A stretch of 64,000 nt of DNA from an uncultured Syntrophobacteraceae bacterium (GTDB lineage Bacteria > Desulfobacterota > Binatia > UBA9968), in contig CAYPHJ010000002.1 in assembly GCA_964410485.1 (NCBI GenBank), forward strand, positions 1,311 through 65,310, written 5' to 3'. Numbering within the stretch: position 1 is the stretch's first letter; the number at the start of each line of letters is the position of its first letter. The position numbers and the translations under genes were made by a program. Below the pieces are notes generated by a model that saw only the letters and a program-made list of their open reading frames with translations, was not told the DNA's origin and did not search any database. Of the stretch, positions 19,091 to 30,126 are shown in pieces.

Positions 19091-21052
19091 TTACACTTCC
19101 TGACGGGAGACCCGTCCCATAGGCAGCAGGCAGATCAAAGTTCCCAGAAAAATGACGAAGCCGCCGATCCAAATCCATATGACGAGAGGCCGCACAAGTG
19201 CCTTCAGGGTTGCTTCGTTTTTTTCCAGCTCGCTGAAACCCGAAAGGATCAGATAGATATCTTCGCCGAGCGTGCTTCGATGCACAGCACGTCCCACAGG
19301 GGAGTCCTGAGTGGGATAAAACCTGAGCGCAGGGGATAAGAGCCCCACTTCACGGTTATCATTGAGAACTCTGAAGAGACCTTCAACGCGAAAATGAGTG
19401 GCATGTTGCGACCCTTTCAACCCTTCGAACTGGATGAGATAGCGGCCGATCTGGAGACGTTCCTTCATCCCCAGTGTGGCTTGCCGCTCCACGCTGTAGG
19501 ACATGGAACCGGCGATTCCCATGATGATCAGCACGACTCCAAGATGAACCACGAGGCCGCCGTAGCGCCGTTGGTTCCGCCGGGTAAGCGTCGCCAGTCC
19601 GCTGAGAATCCCCTCACCGGCTACGCGGCGACGAGCGCGCAGCGCAAGCGCGGTGTCATAGATAATTGTCAGCACTACAAACGCTAACAGCGTAAAGCCC
19701 AGCAATGGCCAGAAATCGCGCACCTGCCAGATGAACAATACGAGCCCGATCAGCAGTGAGCCGCTGGCGGGCCAGAGAAAATTGCGTTTGAGATTGTCCC
19801 AGGACGCCTTGCGCCACGCGATCATCGGCCCCACGCCCATGAGGAAGACCATGAAGACAAACAACGGTGTCGTAACGGCATTGAAATAAGGAGCGCCGAC
19901 GCTCACCTGAACGCCCGCCACGGCTTCAGAAATGAGCGGGAAGATTGTGCCAAGAAAAACCGTGAAGAGCGCCGAGACCAAAACGATATTGTTGAGCAAG
20001 AAAGCCGACTCGCGGCTAACCATTGAATCGAGCTCGGGTTGGCCTTTCAGGTGTTCCGAGCGGTAGGCCAGCAAGCCAAACGATCCCAAGAGCACGAAGC
20101 CGAGAAATACCAGAAAGAAAGCGCCCACTGGACCGGAAGAAAAGGCATGAATGGACGAAAGAATGCCGGAGCGCGTGAGAAAAGTGGCAAAAATCGTAAG
20201 GCTGAACGCGAGGATGATCAACGAGAGATTCCAGACCTTCAGCATCTGGCGCCGTTCCTGCACCTGGATCGAATGGAGGAAAGCAGTGGCTGGCAGCCAC
20301 GGCATAATCGCGGCATTTTCAACCGGGTCCCACGCCCAATAACCGCCCCAACCCAAAACGTGATAGGACCACCATGCCCCGACGAGATTCCCCAGTGTCA
20401 AAAAGAACCAGGCAATAATCGTCCAGCGGCGCGTCGTGACAACCCATACGTCGTCGAGCCTGCCACGAATGAGCGCCGCCATTGCAAAAGCGTAAGGGAC
20501 GGTTAGGCCGACAAACCCAGTGTACAGAAGGGGCGGATGGGTCATCATGTTGGCGTCTTCGAGTAGCGGGTTTAAGCCGCGGCCGTCGGCCGGAATCGGC
20601 GAGAGGGTCTCGAACGGATTGGACGCAAAGGCAATGACGCCAAGGAAGAAAGCCGAAACAATTGAAAAGATCATGAGCACCCAGGGCAGGAGATCGCGCT
20701 GACGGTCGCGATACATCCAGGCGACCAGGCCGGAAAAGATGATCAGGATCCACTCCCACAGCAAAAGCGAACCTTCGAGCGCGCCCCAGAATCCGGTGAC
20801 GCGGTAATAGATCGGTGTGGCGCGCGTCGTATTGAAAGCCACGTACCTGATGGAAAAATCTGTGATGACGAAGCCGTAGATAAGAGACAAAGCGGCCAGC
20901 GTCACCAACGCGAACTGACCGTAGATCGCCAGGCGGGCCCATGCGAAGTAATGCTCGCGCCCACGCCGCGAGGCGAGAACCGCGACGGCGATCCCGACGA
21001 GGGCTAGGAGAAATGCCAGAAGAATGCTGGTATGGCCGATGACTGCAATCAC
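19091..21052 (-). CDS. ccmF: Cytochrome c heme lyase subunit CcmF
   Basis: 653-aa polytopic protein with a GTG start overlapping the ccmE stop codon. The WWD-type motif is 'WGGYWAWDPVEN'. Confidence 0.95.
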   Translation of the reverse strand: MIAVIGHTSILLAFLLALVGIAVAVLASRRGREHYFAWARLAIYGQFALVTLAALSLIYGFVITDFSIRYVAFNTTRATPIYYRVTGFWGALEGSLLLWEWILIIFSGLVAWMYRDRQRDLLPWVLMIFSIVSAFFLGVIAFASNPFETLSPIPADGRGLNPLLEDANMMTHPPLLYTGFVGLTVPYAFAMAALIRGRLDDVWVVTTRRWTIIAWFFLTLGNLVGAWWSYHVLGWGGYWAWDPVENAAIMPWLPATAFLHSIQVQERRQMLKVWNLSLIILAFSLTIFATFLTRSGILSSIHAFSSGPVGAFFLVFLGFVLLGSFGLLAYRSEHLKGQPELDSMVSRESAFLLNNIVLVSALFTVFLGTIFPLISEAVAGVQVSVGAPYFNAVTTPLFVFMVFLMGVGPMIAWRKASWDNLKRNFLWPASGSLLIGLVLFIWQVRDFWPLLGFTLLAFVVLTIIYDTALALRARRRVAGEGILSGLATLTRRNQRRYGGLVVHLGVVLIIMGIAGSMSYSVERQATLGMKERLQIGRYLIQFEGLKGSQHATHFRVEGLFRVLNDNREVGLLSPALRFYPTQDSPVGRAVHRSTLGEDIYLILSGFSELEKNEATLKALVRPLVIWIWIGGFVIFLGTLICLLPMGRVSRQEV

Positions 21053-21492
21053 TTCCCGGTGAAATCCTTACCAGGAACGAAACTCTTGGGGTACGCATCG
21101 GTCCCCTCGGCATGCGGGCTGTACTCCTCGGCGTGCTTGGCCATGATTGTGGTGGCTTGAAAGACGCCGTCCTGGCCGATGCGACCTTCCACCACGGCGC
21201 CCTTCCCCTCGGAGAAGAGATCCGGCGGCATGCCTTTAAAAAATACCGGAATCGAAGCCGTGCCGTCAGTGAGATTAAAGCGGTAAGTGAGATTCTTGAC
21301 GTCCTTCTCAAGCGAGCCCTGAACAACCATGCCGCCCATCCGAATAAACTGCTTCATCGTAGGGGGCTCCGCCTGGAGCTCCGAGGGCGTCTTGAAATAG
21401 ACGATGGCTTCCCGCATTCCGCCGTAAATAATGTAGGCCAGAGCGCCGACGATGATCAGCCCGCCAATAGCGAACCGCCTATTTTTGTTCAT
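21049..21492 (-). CDS. ccmE: Heme chaperone CcmE
   Basis: The start is re-set to 'MNKNRRFAIGGLIIVGA' (ATG at 21492). It has a single TM and an OB fold, with 'AKHAEEYSPH' at the heme-His position. Confidence 0.9.
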   Translation of the reverse strand: MNKNRRFAIGGLIIVGALAYIIYGGMREAIVYFKTPSELQAEPPTMKQFIRMGGMVVQGSLEKDVKNLTYRFNLTDGTASIPVFFKGMPPDLFSEGKGAVVEGRIGQDGVFQATTIMAKHAEEYSPHAEGTDAYPKSFVPGKDFTGK

Positions 21493-21634
21493 CGCTGGAA
21501 AACTCCTCCGCCGAGCGCAGCTCTGCGAGCTCAAGCTCGGCGCGCTTGAGCCTCCGTTTCAGGCCCACAAGATACAGGAGAATTGCGGTCCATACGATCC
21601 CATAAGCTAGAAAGACAAAGCCCCAAGCGCTCAT
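21479..21634 (-). CDS. ccmD: Heme exporter protein CcmD (51 aa, below the ORF-track cutoff)
   Basis: Manual translation gives MSAWGFVFLAYGIVWTAILLYLVGLKRRLKRAELELAELRSAEEFSSDEQK. It has one TM followed by a basic stretch, lies between ccmC and ccmE, and overlaps the ccmE start. Confidence 0.85.
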   Translation of the reverse strand: MSAWGFVFLAYGIVWTAILLYLVGLKRRLKRAELELAELRSAEEFSSDEQK

Positions 21635-21636
21635 GG

Positions 21637-22344
21637 CTACGCTCGATTCAGCCTCAATGATCTGATCTCTTCTTTTATTTCGCCGAGACGAAGACGAAGC
21701 GAGAGCAGATAAAAAAATAACAAAATGAACCCTACGAAATTGATGCCGAGAGCCGCCAGCATTTCCGGATGCACGTTATCCCACGGAGCTTTGTCGGGCC
21801 GCAGGATCGATGGCGGCTGATGAAGCGTGCGCCACCAGTAGACCGACATGTGAATCAGGGGGATATCGAGAAATCCAATAATGCCCAGTACCGCGGCCGA
21901 GGGGGCAACGCGGCTTTCGTCTTCACTGAGAGCGCGAAGCATCAAATATCCGGTGAAAATCAACAGCAGGACCGCAGTCAGCGTCAGGCGCGCATCCCAC
22001 GTCCACCATACTCCCCAGGTAGGTTTGCCCCAGATCGAACCCTCGATGATGGTCAGCGCCGTAAAGAGGACGCCGATTTCCGCCGCTGAGTGAGCAAGAA
22101 TATCATCGCGTCGCTCCCTTTTCCACAAGTAGAGGCAACTGCCCACGAACACTATAAAGAAAGATAGATATGCGGTGAGAATGCTCGGAACATGCAAGTA
22201 CATGATCCGTTGAACGTCGCCCTGAAATGCGTCAGCCGGCGCGTGAATGAGTCCCCAATACAAACCGACGATGATGAAAATCAGCGCAAGAGCGCCGAGC
22301 GCGCCGCTTTTTTTCCGGCGCGCGCCGTGACGGACTGGAGCCAT
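21637..22344 (-). CDS. ccmC: Heme exporter protein CcmC
   Basis: 235 aa with the WWD motif 'WGVWWTWDARLT'. Confidence 0.95.
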   Translation of the reverse strand: MAPVRHGARRKKSGALGALALIFIIVGLYWGLIHAPADAFQGDVQRIMYLHVPSILTAYLSFFIVFVGSCLYLWKRERRDDILAHSAAEIGVLFTALTIIEGSIWGKPTWGVWWTWDARLTLTAVLLLIFTGYLMLRALSEDESRVAPSAAVLGIIGFLDIPLIHMSVYWWRTLHQPPSILRPDKAPWDNVHPEMLAALGINFVGFILLFFYLLSLRLRLGEIKEEIRSLRLNRA

Positions 22345-22347
22345 AGA

Positions 22348-23025
22348 TCAGTTATCAATCACCCAATCGAACATCAGTATGCCGGCAGTGAGAAACATCA
22401 CATCAAATCCAATCAGCAGACGCAACCAGTGGGCGCCCTCGGACAGCTCCCCGCTTTGAATGAACGCCTCCATGCAGCGGATTGTCGCCAAAATGACCGG
22501 AATCATGAGCGGAAAGAGAATCAACGGCAGCAGCAGCTCACGCGCCCTGGCGCGCAGAGTCATCGCGGCCAGGAGCGTGCCGAGCACGCAAAATCCCACC
22601 GTTCCCAACACCGTGATAATAAAGAGAAACGGCAGCAGATTCCAGCCGGGCAAATTAAAAAGAACCCAGAACAGCGGTATCACCACTATTTCCACCAGGA
22701 CCATCAGGACAAGGGTAAAGCAGACTTTGGCAAGAAAGAAAGCGCCCCTATCCAGGGGTGACATGAGTAGGGCATCCAGGCAGTGGTTCTGGCGCTCGGA
22801 TTGAAACAACTGCGCCAGCCCCAACGTGCCGGTGAATAGAAAAGCGAGCCAGAGCAGGGCGGGGGCCATATCGAGCGCCTTCTCGGGCGCCAGATCGAAA
22901 GAAAAGTGGAATACGAAAAGCAGGAGCGTGCCGAAAAAAAACATCGTCAGCAGAGTTTCCCGCCGGCGCAGCTCCAGGCGCACATCCTTGACGAGGAGCA
23001 AGCGTGTCTGCTTGAGAAAACTCAT
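22348..23025 (-). CDS. ccmB: Heme exporter permease CcmB
   Basis: 225-aa six-TM protein positioned between ccmA and ccmC. Confidence 0.9.
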   Translation of the reverse strand: MSFLKQTRLLLVKDVRLELRRRETLLTMFFFGTLLLFVFHFSFDLAPEKALDMAPALLWLAFLFTGTLGLAQLFQSERQNHCLDALLMSPLDRGAFFLAKVCFTLVLMVLVEIVVIPLFWVLFNLPGWNLLPFLFIITVLGTVGFCVLGTLLAAMTLRARARELLLPLILFPLMIPVILATIRCMEAFIQSGELSEGAHWLRLLIGFDVMFLTAGILMFDWVIDN

Positions 23026-23729
23026 CTTTCCCCGCGCGGCAGGAACTCGCTGAAGGCGCGTGCGAAATTATCCCAGGGTTGCTGCCGGGGCTCATCGAAC
23101 TTGAGCCTCCCCTGGTCCAAGATAAGCGCGCGGCTGCAGAGATCGAGCACGCGCGAAACGTGGTGTGATGCGATGACGACGATGCGGCCCTTGGCGCATT
23201 GCTGCTTGAGAAACGTCTCCAGCAGGTCTATCCCGCGCCCGTCTAACACCCCGTAAGGCTCATCGAGTAGTAAAAGCTCGGGATCGAGCAGCTGCCATTT
23301 GGCTATAGCCAGGCGGCATTTCATGCCGCTCGACAGCGTTTCTCCGAGCTCGTTTGAGCGGCTGATCAGGTTCACTGCCTGCAGGGTATGGTTAAGCTCG
23401 GCGGGAGAAATTCTCTTTTGGTAAATGCCGGCGAAGAATTCCAGGTTTTCCCGTACCGTCAGGTTGTCGTACAGGTGTTCTCCTGGCACAAGGAAGCCGA
23501 TCTTGGCGCGCCATGCCGTGGCTTGCCGTGCCAGAGGTTCTCCGTCGAACTGGATCGCACCATGCGTTGGCTGGATCAGGCCGCCCAGGAGTTTCAACAG
23601 GGTGGTCTTGCCGGCCCCGTTCGGGCCGAGAAGAGCAATCAGGTCGCCTGGCGAGAAATCGCAAGTGATGTCTTTAAGCGCCCATAGCAGTCCATACGCT
23701 CTGGCAAGCTGACGAATCGTTATGTGCAA
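23022..23729 (-). CDS. ccmA: Heme exporter ATP-binding protein CcmA
   Basis: 235 aa with Walker A 'GPNGAGKTT', signature 'LSSGMKCR' and Walker B 'LLLLDEP'. It has a TTG start. Confidence 0.93.
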   Translation of the reverse strand: MHITIRQLARAYGLLWALKDITCDFSPGDLIALLGPNGAGKTTLLKLLGGLIQPTHGAIQFDGEPLARQATAWRAKIGFLVPGEHLYDNLTVRENLEFFAGIYQKRISPAELNHTLQAVNLISRSNELGETLSSGMKCRLAIAKWQLLDPELLLLDEPYGVLDGRGIDLLETFLKQQCAKGRIVVIASHHVSRVLDLCSRALILDQGRLKFDEPRQQPWDNFARAFSEFLPRGER

Positions 23730-23848
23730 CGTGGAAGTCCCAATGCGCGAGTTTGTTGTGGCCGGCCCAGATTCCGAAAGACTATAGTGGTCAGGGAAGG
23801 GGGATTCAAGTGGCCGGAGGGCTAGGGTATCCTCGTTGCCCTGTTCCG

Positions 23849-23941
23849 GTCATCCTGAGCGGCAGCGAAGGATCTGGTTTTCCCGTTGCTTGAAGCCCGG
23901 CCCAAAAGCAGATTCTTCGTCACGGTGTTCCTCAGGATCAC
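23849..23941. mobile_element. MITE-like element with inverted termini GTCATCCTGAGC..GAAGGATCTG / CAGATTCTTCG..CTCAGGATCAC
   Basis: Both arms were read directly and are separated by a spacer of about 32 nt. It lies in the 406-bp gap upstream of ccmA. Confidence 0.75.
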
Positions 23942-24135
23942 ACAGCAGGAATACACTCTGCGAGACCGTCACGATAACTCCAAATCGGACGCAACAGATG
24001 CGGTCAAGAGTGCTGGGGTGGTATACCCAAACACCATCTCCTGCCGTGACGCTGACCGCAAAATGCAAGTTGACATTTTCGGCTTGCCTCCCCTATGTAG
24101 TAGGGTCATAACATTACCGGTCCAGGGGAGGAACT

Positions 24136-24825
24136 ATGAATCCTGTGGTTGCCGTAAGCGGATTCTGGGATGCCTTTGTGGCTCGAATCGCCGTGTTCTT
24201 ACCGAACCTTTTGTTTGCTATTGCCATCATTCTGGTAGGTTGGGCTGTCTGCAATATCGTCAAGCGTATCACGGTCCGCCTGCTCAGATTGTTCCAGTTC
24301 GATGTGGTCGCGGATCGTACCGGGATCAAGCAGGCGCTCGACCGCGGCGGCATCCGCCAAACCCCGTCTGAAATCGTCGGGCTGCTGGTTTTTTGGTTTC
24401 TGTTTTTGATTGTGATTGTGACCACATTGGAAACGCTCAACTTGAGCGGCGCTACCGATACACTGCACACGATTTATCTTTATATTCCCAAGATCGCGGC
24501 GGCGCTCGTCGTGCTGATCCTGGGACTTTACTTTGCCAATTTCCTTGAAACGGTAACCCGGACCTCCTGCGCTAACGCGGGACTGGCGCAAGCGGCCTCT
24601 ATCGGCCGGGTCGTGTACATTGCCACAGTCGTCTTTGTCGTTGCCGGAGTGCTCGAAATCCTGGAGATTGCCTCGGAAATCGTGATCTGGGCATTTATCC
24701 TGGTCTTTGGCGCGCTCTGCCTGGCGCTTGCCCTCGCCTTCGGTTTGGGAGGCCGTGATGTGGCAGCGTCTTATCTGCAGAAGTGGTTGGAACCAAAGAA
24801 GAATAATGAAATCACACCACCTTGA
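24136..24825 (+). CDS. Membrane protein with repeated TM-helix modules (mechanosensitive-channel-associated 'conserved TM helix' type)
   Basis: 229 aa with about 4-5 hydrophobic helices in a repeated pattern. Family assignment is by resemblance only. Confidence 0.6.
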   Translation: MNPVVAVSGFWDAFVARIAVFLPNLLFAIAIILVGWAVCNIVKRITVRLLRLFQFDVVADRTGIKQALDRGGIRQTPSEIVGLLVFWFLFLIVIVTTLETLNLSGATDTLHTIYLYIPKIAAALVVLILGLYFANFLETVTRTSCANAGLAQAASIGRVVYIATVVFVVAGVLEILEIASEIVIWAFILVFGALCLALALAFGLGGRDVAASYLQKWLEPKKNNEITPP

Positions 24826-24877
24826 CTCTCCCTTGGTTATGGGCTAAGTTCAACGCGTTTAAAAACTTTTCAAGCTA

Positions 24878-24925
24878 AATAGCCTAAGGGGGGCGCCAAG
24901 GCTGAATTCCCTTAGGCTATTTTTG
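24878..24925 (+). terminator. Rho-independent terminator
   Basis: AATAGCCTAAGG, a 20-nt loop, CCTTAGGCTATT, then a T-run. It lies 50 nt after the upstream stop codon and just before the icd RBS. Confidence 0.6.
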
Positions 24926-24940
24926 CGCATGAGGAAGACT

Positions 24941-26347
<1,407 letters not shown>

Positions 26348-26355
26348 AGGATGCA

Positions 26356-26439
26356 GGTTAAGGTTTAAGGCTCAGGAAAACATCGGGCTATGACCTTCCG
26401 GGTGCCGAAACTCGTAACCCGAAACTCGTAACTCGAAAC
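26356..26439. repeat. Two short-period tandem arrays in the icd-mdh spacer (GGTTAAG GTTTAAG GCTCAGG; CGAAACT CGTAACC CGAAACT CGTAACT CGAAAC)
   Basis: Read directly from the sequence. Both have a 7-nt period. Confidence 0.8.
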
Positions 26440-26456
26440 AGGACATAGAGGAAGTT

Positions 26457-27398
26457 ATGGCACGAAAGAAAATCGCCTTGATTGGCGCCGGAAATATTGG
26501 CGGCAGCATGGCCCATCTCTGTTTGCTCAAGCGCTTGGGCGATGTGGTTCTTTTTGACGTGATAGAGGGTCTGCCGCAAGGCAAAGCGCTCGATCTTTCT
26601 CATGCGGGACCGGTGGAAGGCTTCGACGGCAATGTGATCGGAACGAACAAATACGAAGATATTGCCGGCGCCGATGTTTGCATCGTCACGGCCGGGGTTG
26701 CGCGCAAGCCTGGCATGAGCCGCGACGATCTGGTCGGAACCAATGCCAAGATCATTAGCTCGGTTGCGGAGAACATAAAGAAACACGCGCCGAACAGTTT
26801 CGTCATCGTGGTTACAAACCCCTTGGATGCCATGGTGACGTTGACAAAGCGCGTTACCGGTTTTCCCAAAAATCGCGTTGTTGGCCAGTCGGGCATTCTC
26901 GACTCCTCGCGCTATCGATCTTTCATCGCACGTGATCTCAACGTCTCCGTCAACAGTGTTGCGGCTATGGTTCTTGGCGGGCACGGCGATGACATGGTTC
27001 CGCTTCGAAGTACCTGCTTTATCGGCGGTGTGCCTGTTGAAAAACTGATTTCCGATAAGCGCCTCGCCGAGATCGAAAGCCGTGTCCGCAACGCCGGGGG
27101 GGAAGTCGTTGCCTTGTTGAAAACGGGTTCGGCTTATTTTTCCCCCGCCTCCGCGGCGATTCGTATGACCGAGGCATATTTCCTCGACACCAAAGAGATA
27201 CTGCCATGCGCAGCGCTGCTGGAAGGCGAGTATGGAGTCACCGGCTACTATTTCTGCGTTCCGGTGATGATCGGCGCCGGGGGCGTGGAGAAAATCATTG
27301 AGATTGCTCTCAACGCCGCGGACAAGAAAGCGTTTGATGAGTCACTGAGCCATGTGAAAGACATTGTTCAGGCCATGGATCGCATTTTGGCCGTTTGA
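26457..27398 (+). CDS. mdh: Malate dehydrogenase (LDH-like type)
   Basis: 313 aa with '[12 protein letters not shown]', '[13 protein letters not shown]' and '[11 protein letters not shown]'. Confidence 0.95.
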   Translation: MARKKIALIGAGNIGGSMAHLCLLKRLGDVVLFDVIEGLPQGKALDLSHAGPVEGFDGNVIGTNKYEDIAGADVCIVTAGVARKPGMSRDDLVGTNAKIISSVAENIKKHAPNSFVIVVTNPLDAMVTLTKRVTGFPKNRVVGQSGILDSSRYRSFIARDLNVSVNSVAAMVLGGHGDDMVPLRSTCFIGGVPVEKLISDKRLAEIESRVRNAGGEVVALLKTGSAYFSPASAAIRMTEAYFLDTKEILPCAALLEGEYGVTGYYFCVPVMIGAGGVEKIIEIALNAADKKAFDESLSHVKDIVQAMDRILAV

Positions 27399-27403
27399 CC
27401 GAA

Positions 27404-27455
27404 TCGTGGCTCGTGTTCGTGGTTCGTGTTCGTTCGATCGCGAGCACGAGCACGA
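27404..27455. repeat. Unit-array hairpin, TCGTG(G/T) / CACGAGC family
   Basis: TCGTGGC TCGTGT TCGTGGT TCGTGT TCGTTCG, a loop, then CGAGCACGAGCACGA. It fills almost the entire 64-nt mdh-sucC spacer. Confidence 0.85.
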
Positions 27456-27462
27456 TGACTCT

Positions 27463-28620
27463 ATGAACATTCACGAATACCAAGCGAAGGAAATCCTGCG
27501 GCGTTACGGCGTCTGGGTGCCCCGGGGGAAGATCGCAGTGACGCCGGCCGAAGCGAAAGCCGCTGCCGTGGAACTGGGTGGCCGTTGCGTAGTCAAAGCG
27601 CAAATTCACGCCGGCGGGCGCGGTAAAGCAGGAGGCGTCAAGCTCGCGACGAGTCCCGAGGATGCCGAAACGAAGGCGCGCGAGATCTTGGGGCGAAAGC
27701 TGGTGACGCATCAGACCGGGCCGGAAGGACGGCAGGTAAGAAAAGTACTGGTCGAGGAAGGCGTCGATATTGACCGGGAGCTTTACCTTGGGATGGTTCT
27801 CGATCGCTCCCAGTCCCGGGTTGCGGTGATCGTCTCTTCGGAAGGTGGTGTCGAGATCGAGGAGGTTGCGGCCAAGAGCCCCGAGAAGATACTGAAGGAG
27901 CTCATCGACCCCGTTCTTGGTCTTCAACCGTTTCAATGCCGTAAGCTAGGCTACGCGCTGGAGGTTCCACAGCCACTGTTGCCCAGGCTGGTAGCGATGA
28001 TGCAGGGATTGTATAGGGCTTTCGATGAATGTGACTGCTCGTTGGCCGAGATCAACCCGCTTATCTTGACTAGGGATGGGCAGGTTATGGCTTTGGACGC
28101 CAAGATGAACTTCGACAGCAACGCTTTTTTCCGCCAGAAAGAGATCCTGGCGCTGCGTGATCTGAATGAGGAAGACCCCCGCGAGATCGAAGCGAGCAAA
28201 TACGATCTTTCCTATATATCCCTGGACGGGAACATTGCATGCATGGTCAACGGCGCTGGTCTGGCGATGGCGACCATGGATATCATTAAACTCGCGGGCG
28301 GAGAGCCGGCGAACTTCCTCGACGTGGGTGGTGGAGCGAGCAAGGAGAAGGTCGCTCAGGCTTTCAGGATCCTGTTAGCGGATTCACGAGTGCGCGGCGT
28401 TCTCATCAATATTTTCGGGGGAATCATGCGCTGCGATGTTCTGGCGCAGGGTGTGGTGGAGGCGGCCCGGGAATTGAATGTGGGCGTCCCGTTGGTGGTG
28501 CGCATGCAGGGTACGAACGTGGAAATCGGTAGACAAATACTTGCTGGCTCCGGCTTGGCGATTATTCCGGCCGAGACCATGGCCGAGGCCGCGGAGAAGG
28601 TTGTCGCCGCAGTCAATTAA
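27463..28620 (+). CDS. sucC: Succinate--CoA ligase (ADP-forming) beta subunit
   Basis: The start is re-set to '[17 protein letters not shown]' (ATG at 27463). The ORF-track start at 27364 reads through the repeat and overlaps mdh. Confidence 0.96.
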   Translation: MNIHEYQAKEILRRYGVWVPRGKIAVTPAEAKAAAVELGGRCVVKAQIHAGGRGKAGGVKLATSPEDAETKAREILGRKLVTHQTGPEGRQVRKVLVEEGVDIDRELYLGMVLDRSQSRVAVIVSSEGGVEIEEVAAKSPEKILKELIDPVLGLQPFQCRKLGYALEVPQPLLPRLVAMMQGLYRAFDECDCSLAEINPLILTRDGQVMALDAKMNFDSNAFFRQKEILALRDLNEEDPREIEASKYDLSYISLDGNIACMVNGAGLAMATMDIIKLAGGEPANFLDVGGGASKEKVAQAFRILLADSRVRGVLINIFGGIMRCDVLAQGVVEAARELNVGVPLVVRMQGTNVEIGRQILAGSGLAIIPAETMAEAAEKVVAAVN

Positions 28621-28700
28621 CCGACTAGCATCGTCAGGAGTTTTGTAGGAGGGCATTTCGACTCGCGATTGTAAGACTAATCAACGAGCGCATACGATTA

Positions 28701-28778
28701 CACCACGAAGGACGCGAAGGACACGAAGGTTCGGAAAATTACTTTCTTGAATCTCCTAACTTCGTGACCTTCGTGGTT
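28701..28778. repeat. Unit-array hairpin, CACGAAGG family (copy A1)
   Basis: CACCACGAAGGA CGCGAAGGA CACGAAGGT, an A/T-rich loop, then AACTTCGTGACCTTCGTGG. It lies in the 182-nt sucC-sucD spacer. Confidence 0.9.
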
Positions 28779-28802
28779 AACTCCACTGTTTCTGCTTTTG
28801 AT

Positions 28803-29678
28803 ATGGCTATACTGGTCAATAAAGACACGCGCGTTCTGACCCAGGGGATTACCGGCGCCACCGGTCAATTTCATACCCGCGCCTGCAAGGAATATGGAAC
28901 GCAAATGGTTGCCGGGGTTACGCCGGGCAAGGGTGGAAGCTCTTTTGAAGGCATTCCGATATTCGATACCGTGGCCCGCGCGGTTGCGGAAACGGGAGCC
29001 AACGCGACCGTGATCTATGTGCCTCCTCCGTCTGCGGCTGATGCGATTTTGGAAGCGGCAGACGCCGGTGTTGCGCTGCTGATTTGTATTACCGAAGGAG
29101 TGCCGGTTCGAGACATGGTGCGGGTCAAGAGGTATTTGAGCGGTCGCGCTTCGAAGCTTCTTGGGCCAAATTGTCCCGGGGCCATTACTCCGGGTGAATG
29201 CAAGATCGGTATCATGCCCGGTCATATCCATAGGCCCGGCCATATCGGGGTGGTATCGCGCAGCGGCACCTTAACTTATGAAGCCGTGGATCAGTTAACC
29301 CGGTTGGGTTTGGGTCAGTCCACTTGTGTCGGCATCGGAGGCGATCCCGTGCATGGCTTGGAATTTGTCGACATCCTGGACTTTTTCAATCGCGATCCCG
29401 AAACCGAAGCGGTCATCATGATCGGTGAGATCGGCGGGAGCGCTGAAGAAGAAGCAGCGGCCTGGATCGCGGCGAATATGCGCAAACCTGTAGTTGGCTT
29501 CATAGCGGGACAAACGGCGCCGCCGGGAAAGAGAATGGGCCACGCGGGCGCGATCATTTCGGGCGGGAAAGGCACGGCCCATGAGAAAATCGCAGCAATG
29601 ACTCAAGCCGGAGTCCAAATCACTCCGTCGCCGGCGTTGATCGGAGAAACGATGCGGGAGGTTCTAGGCAGAAAATGA
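28803..29678 (+). CDS. sucD: Succinate--CoA ligase alpha subunit
   Basis: The start is re-set to '[18 protein letters not shown]' (ATG at 28803). It has the phospho-His loop '[15 protein letters not shown]'. Confidence 0.96.
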   Translation: MAILVNKDTRVLTQGITGATGQFHTRACKEYGTQMVAGVTPGKGGSSFEGIPIFDTVARAVAETGANATVIYVPPPSAADAILEAADAGVALLICITEGVPVRDMVRVKRYLSGRASKLLGPNCPGAITPGECKIGIMPGHIHRPGHIGVVSRSGTLTYEAVDQLTRLGLGQSTCVGIGGDPVHGLEFVDILDFFNRDPETEAVIMIGEIGGSAEEEAAAWIAANMRKPVVGFIAGQTAPPGKRMGHAGAIISGGKGTAHEKIAAMTQAGVQITPSPALIGETMREVLGRK

Positions 29679-30106
29679 GCTTGGAGAGGACATTATCGAT
29701 GATCAAACCGGATGCCGTGGAGCGCCGGTTAATTGGTGAGATTCTGAAGCGTTTCGAGGCCGCGGGCCTGAAAATCGCTGCGGCCAAATTGGTCCGTCTA
29801 ACGCCGGAAAGTGCCCAGGCCTTCTACGCAGTCCACAAGGAACGACCGTTCTTCGCGAGTCTTTGCGCATACATGTCGTCGGGACCGATTTTCGTTTCGG
29901 TGCTGGAAGGGGAGAACGCCATTGCGAAAAATCGCGAGATCATGGGCGCCACGGATCCTGCGAAGGCGGCAGTCGGAACCATACGCAAGGACTGCGGCCA
30001 AGACGTGGAGAAAAATGCCGTCCACGGCTCGGACAGCAATGAAACCGCGGCAACCGAGATTGCCTTCTTTTTCAAACCCACCGAAGTTTTTTCGTCAGCG
30101 GGATAG
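29675..30106 (+). CDS. ndk: Nucleoside-diphosphate kinase
   Basis: 143 aa with '[12 protein letters not shown]' and the 'NAVHGSDS' active-site His. Confidence 0.96.
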   Translation: MSLERTLSMIKPDAVERRLIGEILKRFEAAGLKIAAAKLVRLTPESAQAFYAVHKERPFFASLCAYMSSGPIFVSVLEGENAIAKNREIMGATDPAKAAVGTIRKDCGQDVEKNAVHGSDSNETAATEIAFFFKPTEVFSSAG

Positions 30107-30126
30107 TTAGATTGTCTTGCCCGCTG

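Noticed and set aside
20319-21326. A 335-aa minus-strand ORF, Arg/Pro/Ser-rich, overlapping ccmF and ccmE in another frame.
   Set aside because: It has the composition typical of an off-frame reading of GC-rich coding DNA, and it is fully nested in two confidently identified ccm genes.
27364-27462. N-terminal extensions in the ORF track: sucC from 27364, sucD from 28764, uxs from 34813, lepA from 36692, the TTT protein from 14027, the protease to 52671, AlgH to 63335, the SBP to 61931, GlcG to 62426, ccmE to 21534 and ccmH to 18566.
   Set aside because: The extensions read through intergenic repeats or overlap the upstream gene. Canonical family N-termini with RBS-like sequences occur at internal ATGs, which I used instead.
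28698-29243. A 181-aa minus-strand ORF and other ORFs seeded in repeats (44909..45484, 33172..33552, 33387..33968, 16433..16902 cluster, 23836..24371, 12128..12509 cluster).
   Set aside because: They start or end inside palindromic repeats, which are open in several frames, and otherwise run antisense to real genes or through spacers. They show no motifs.
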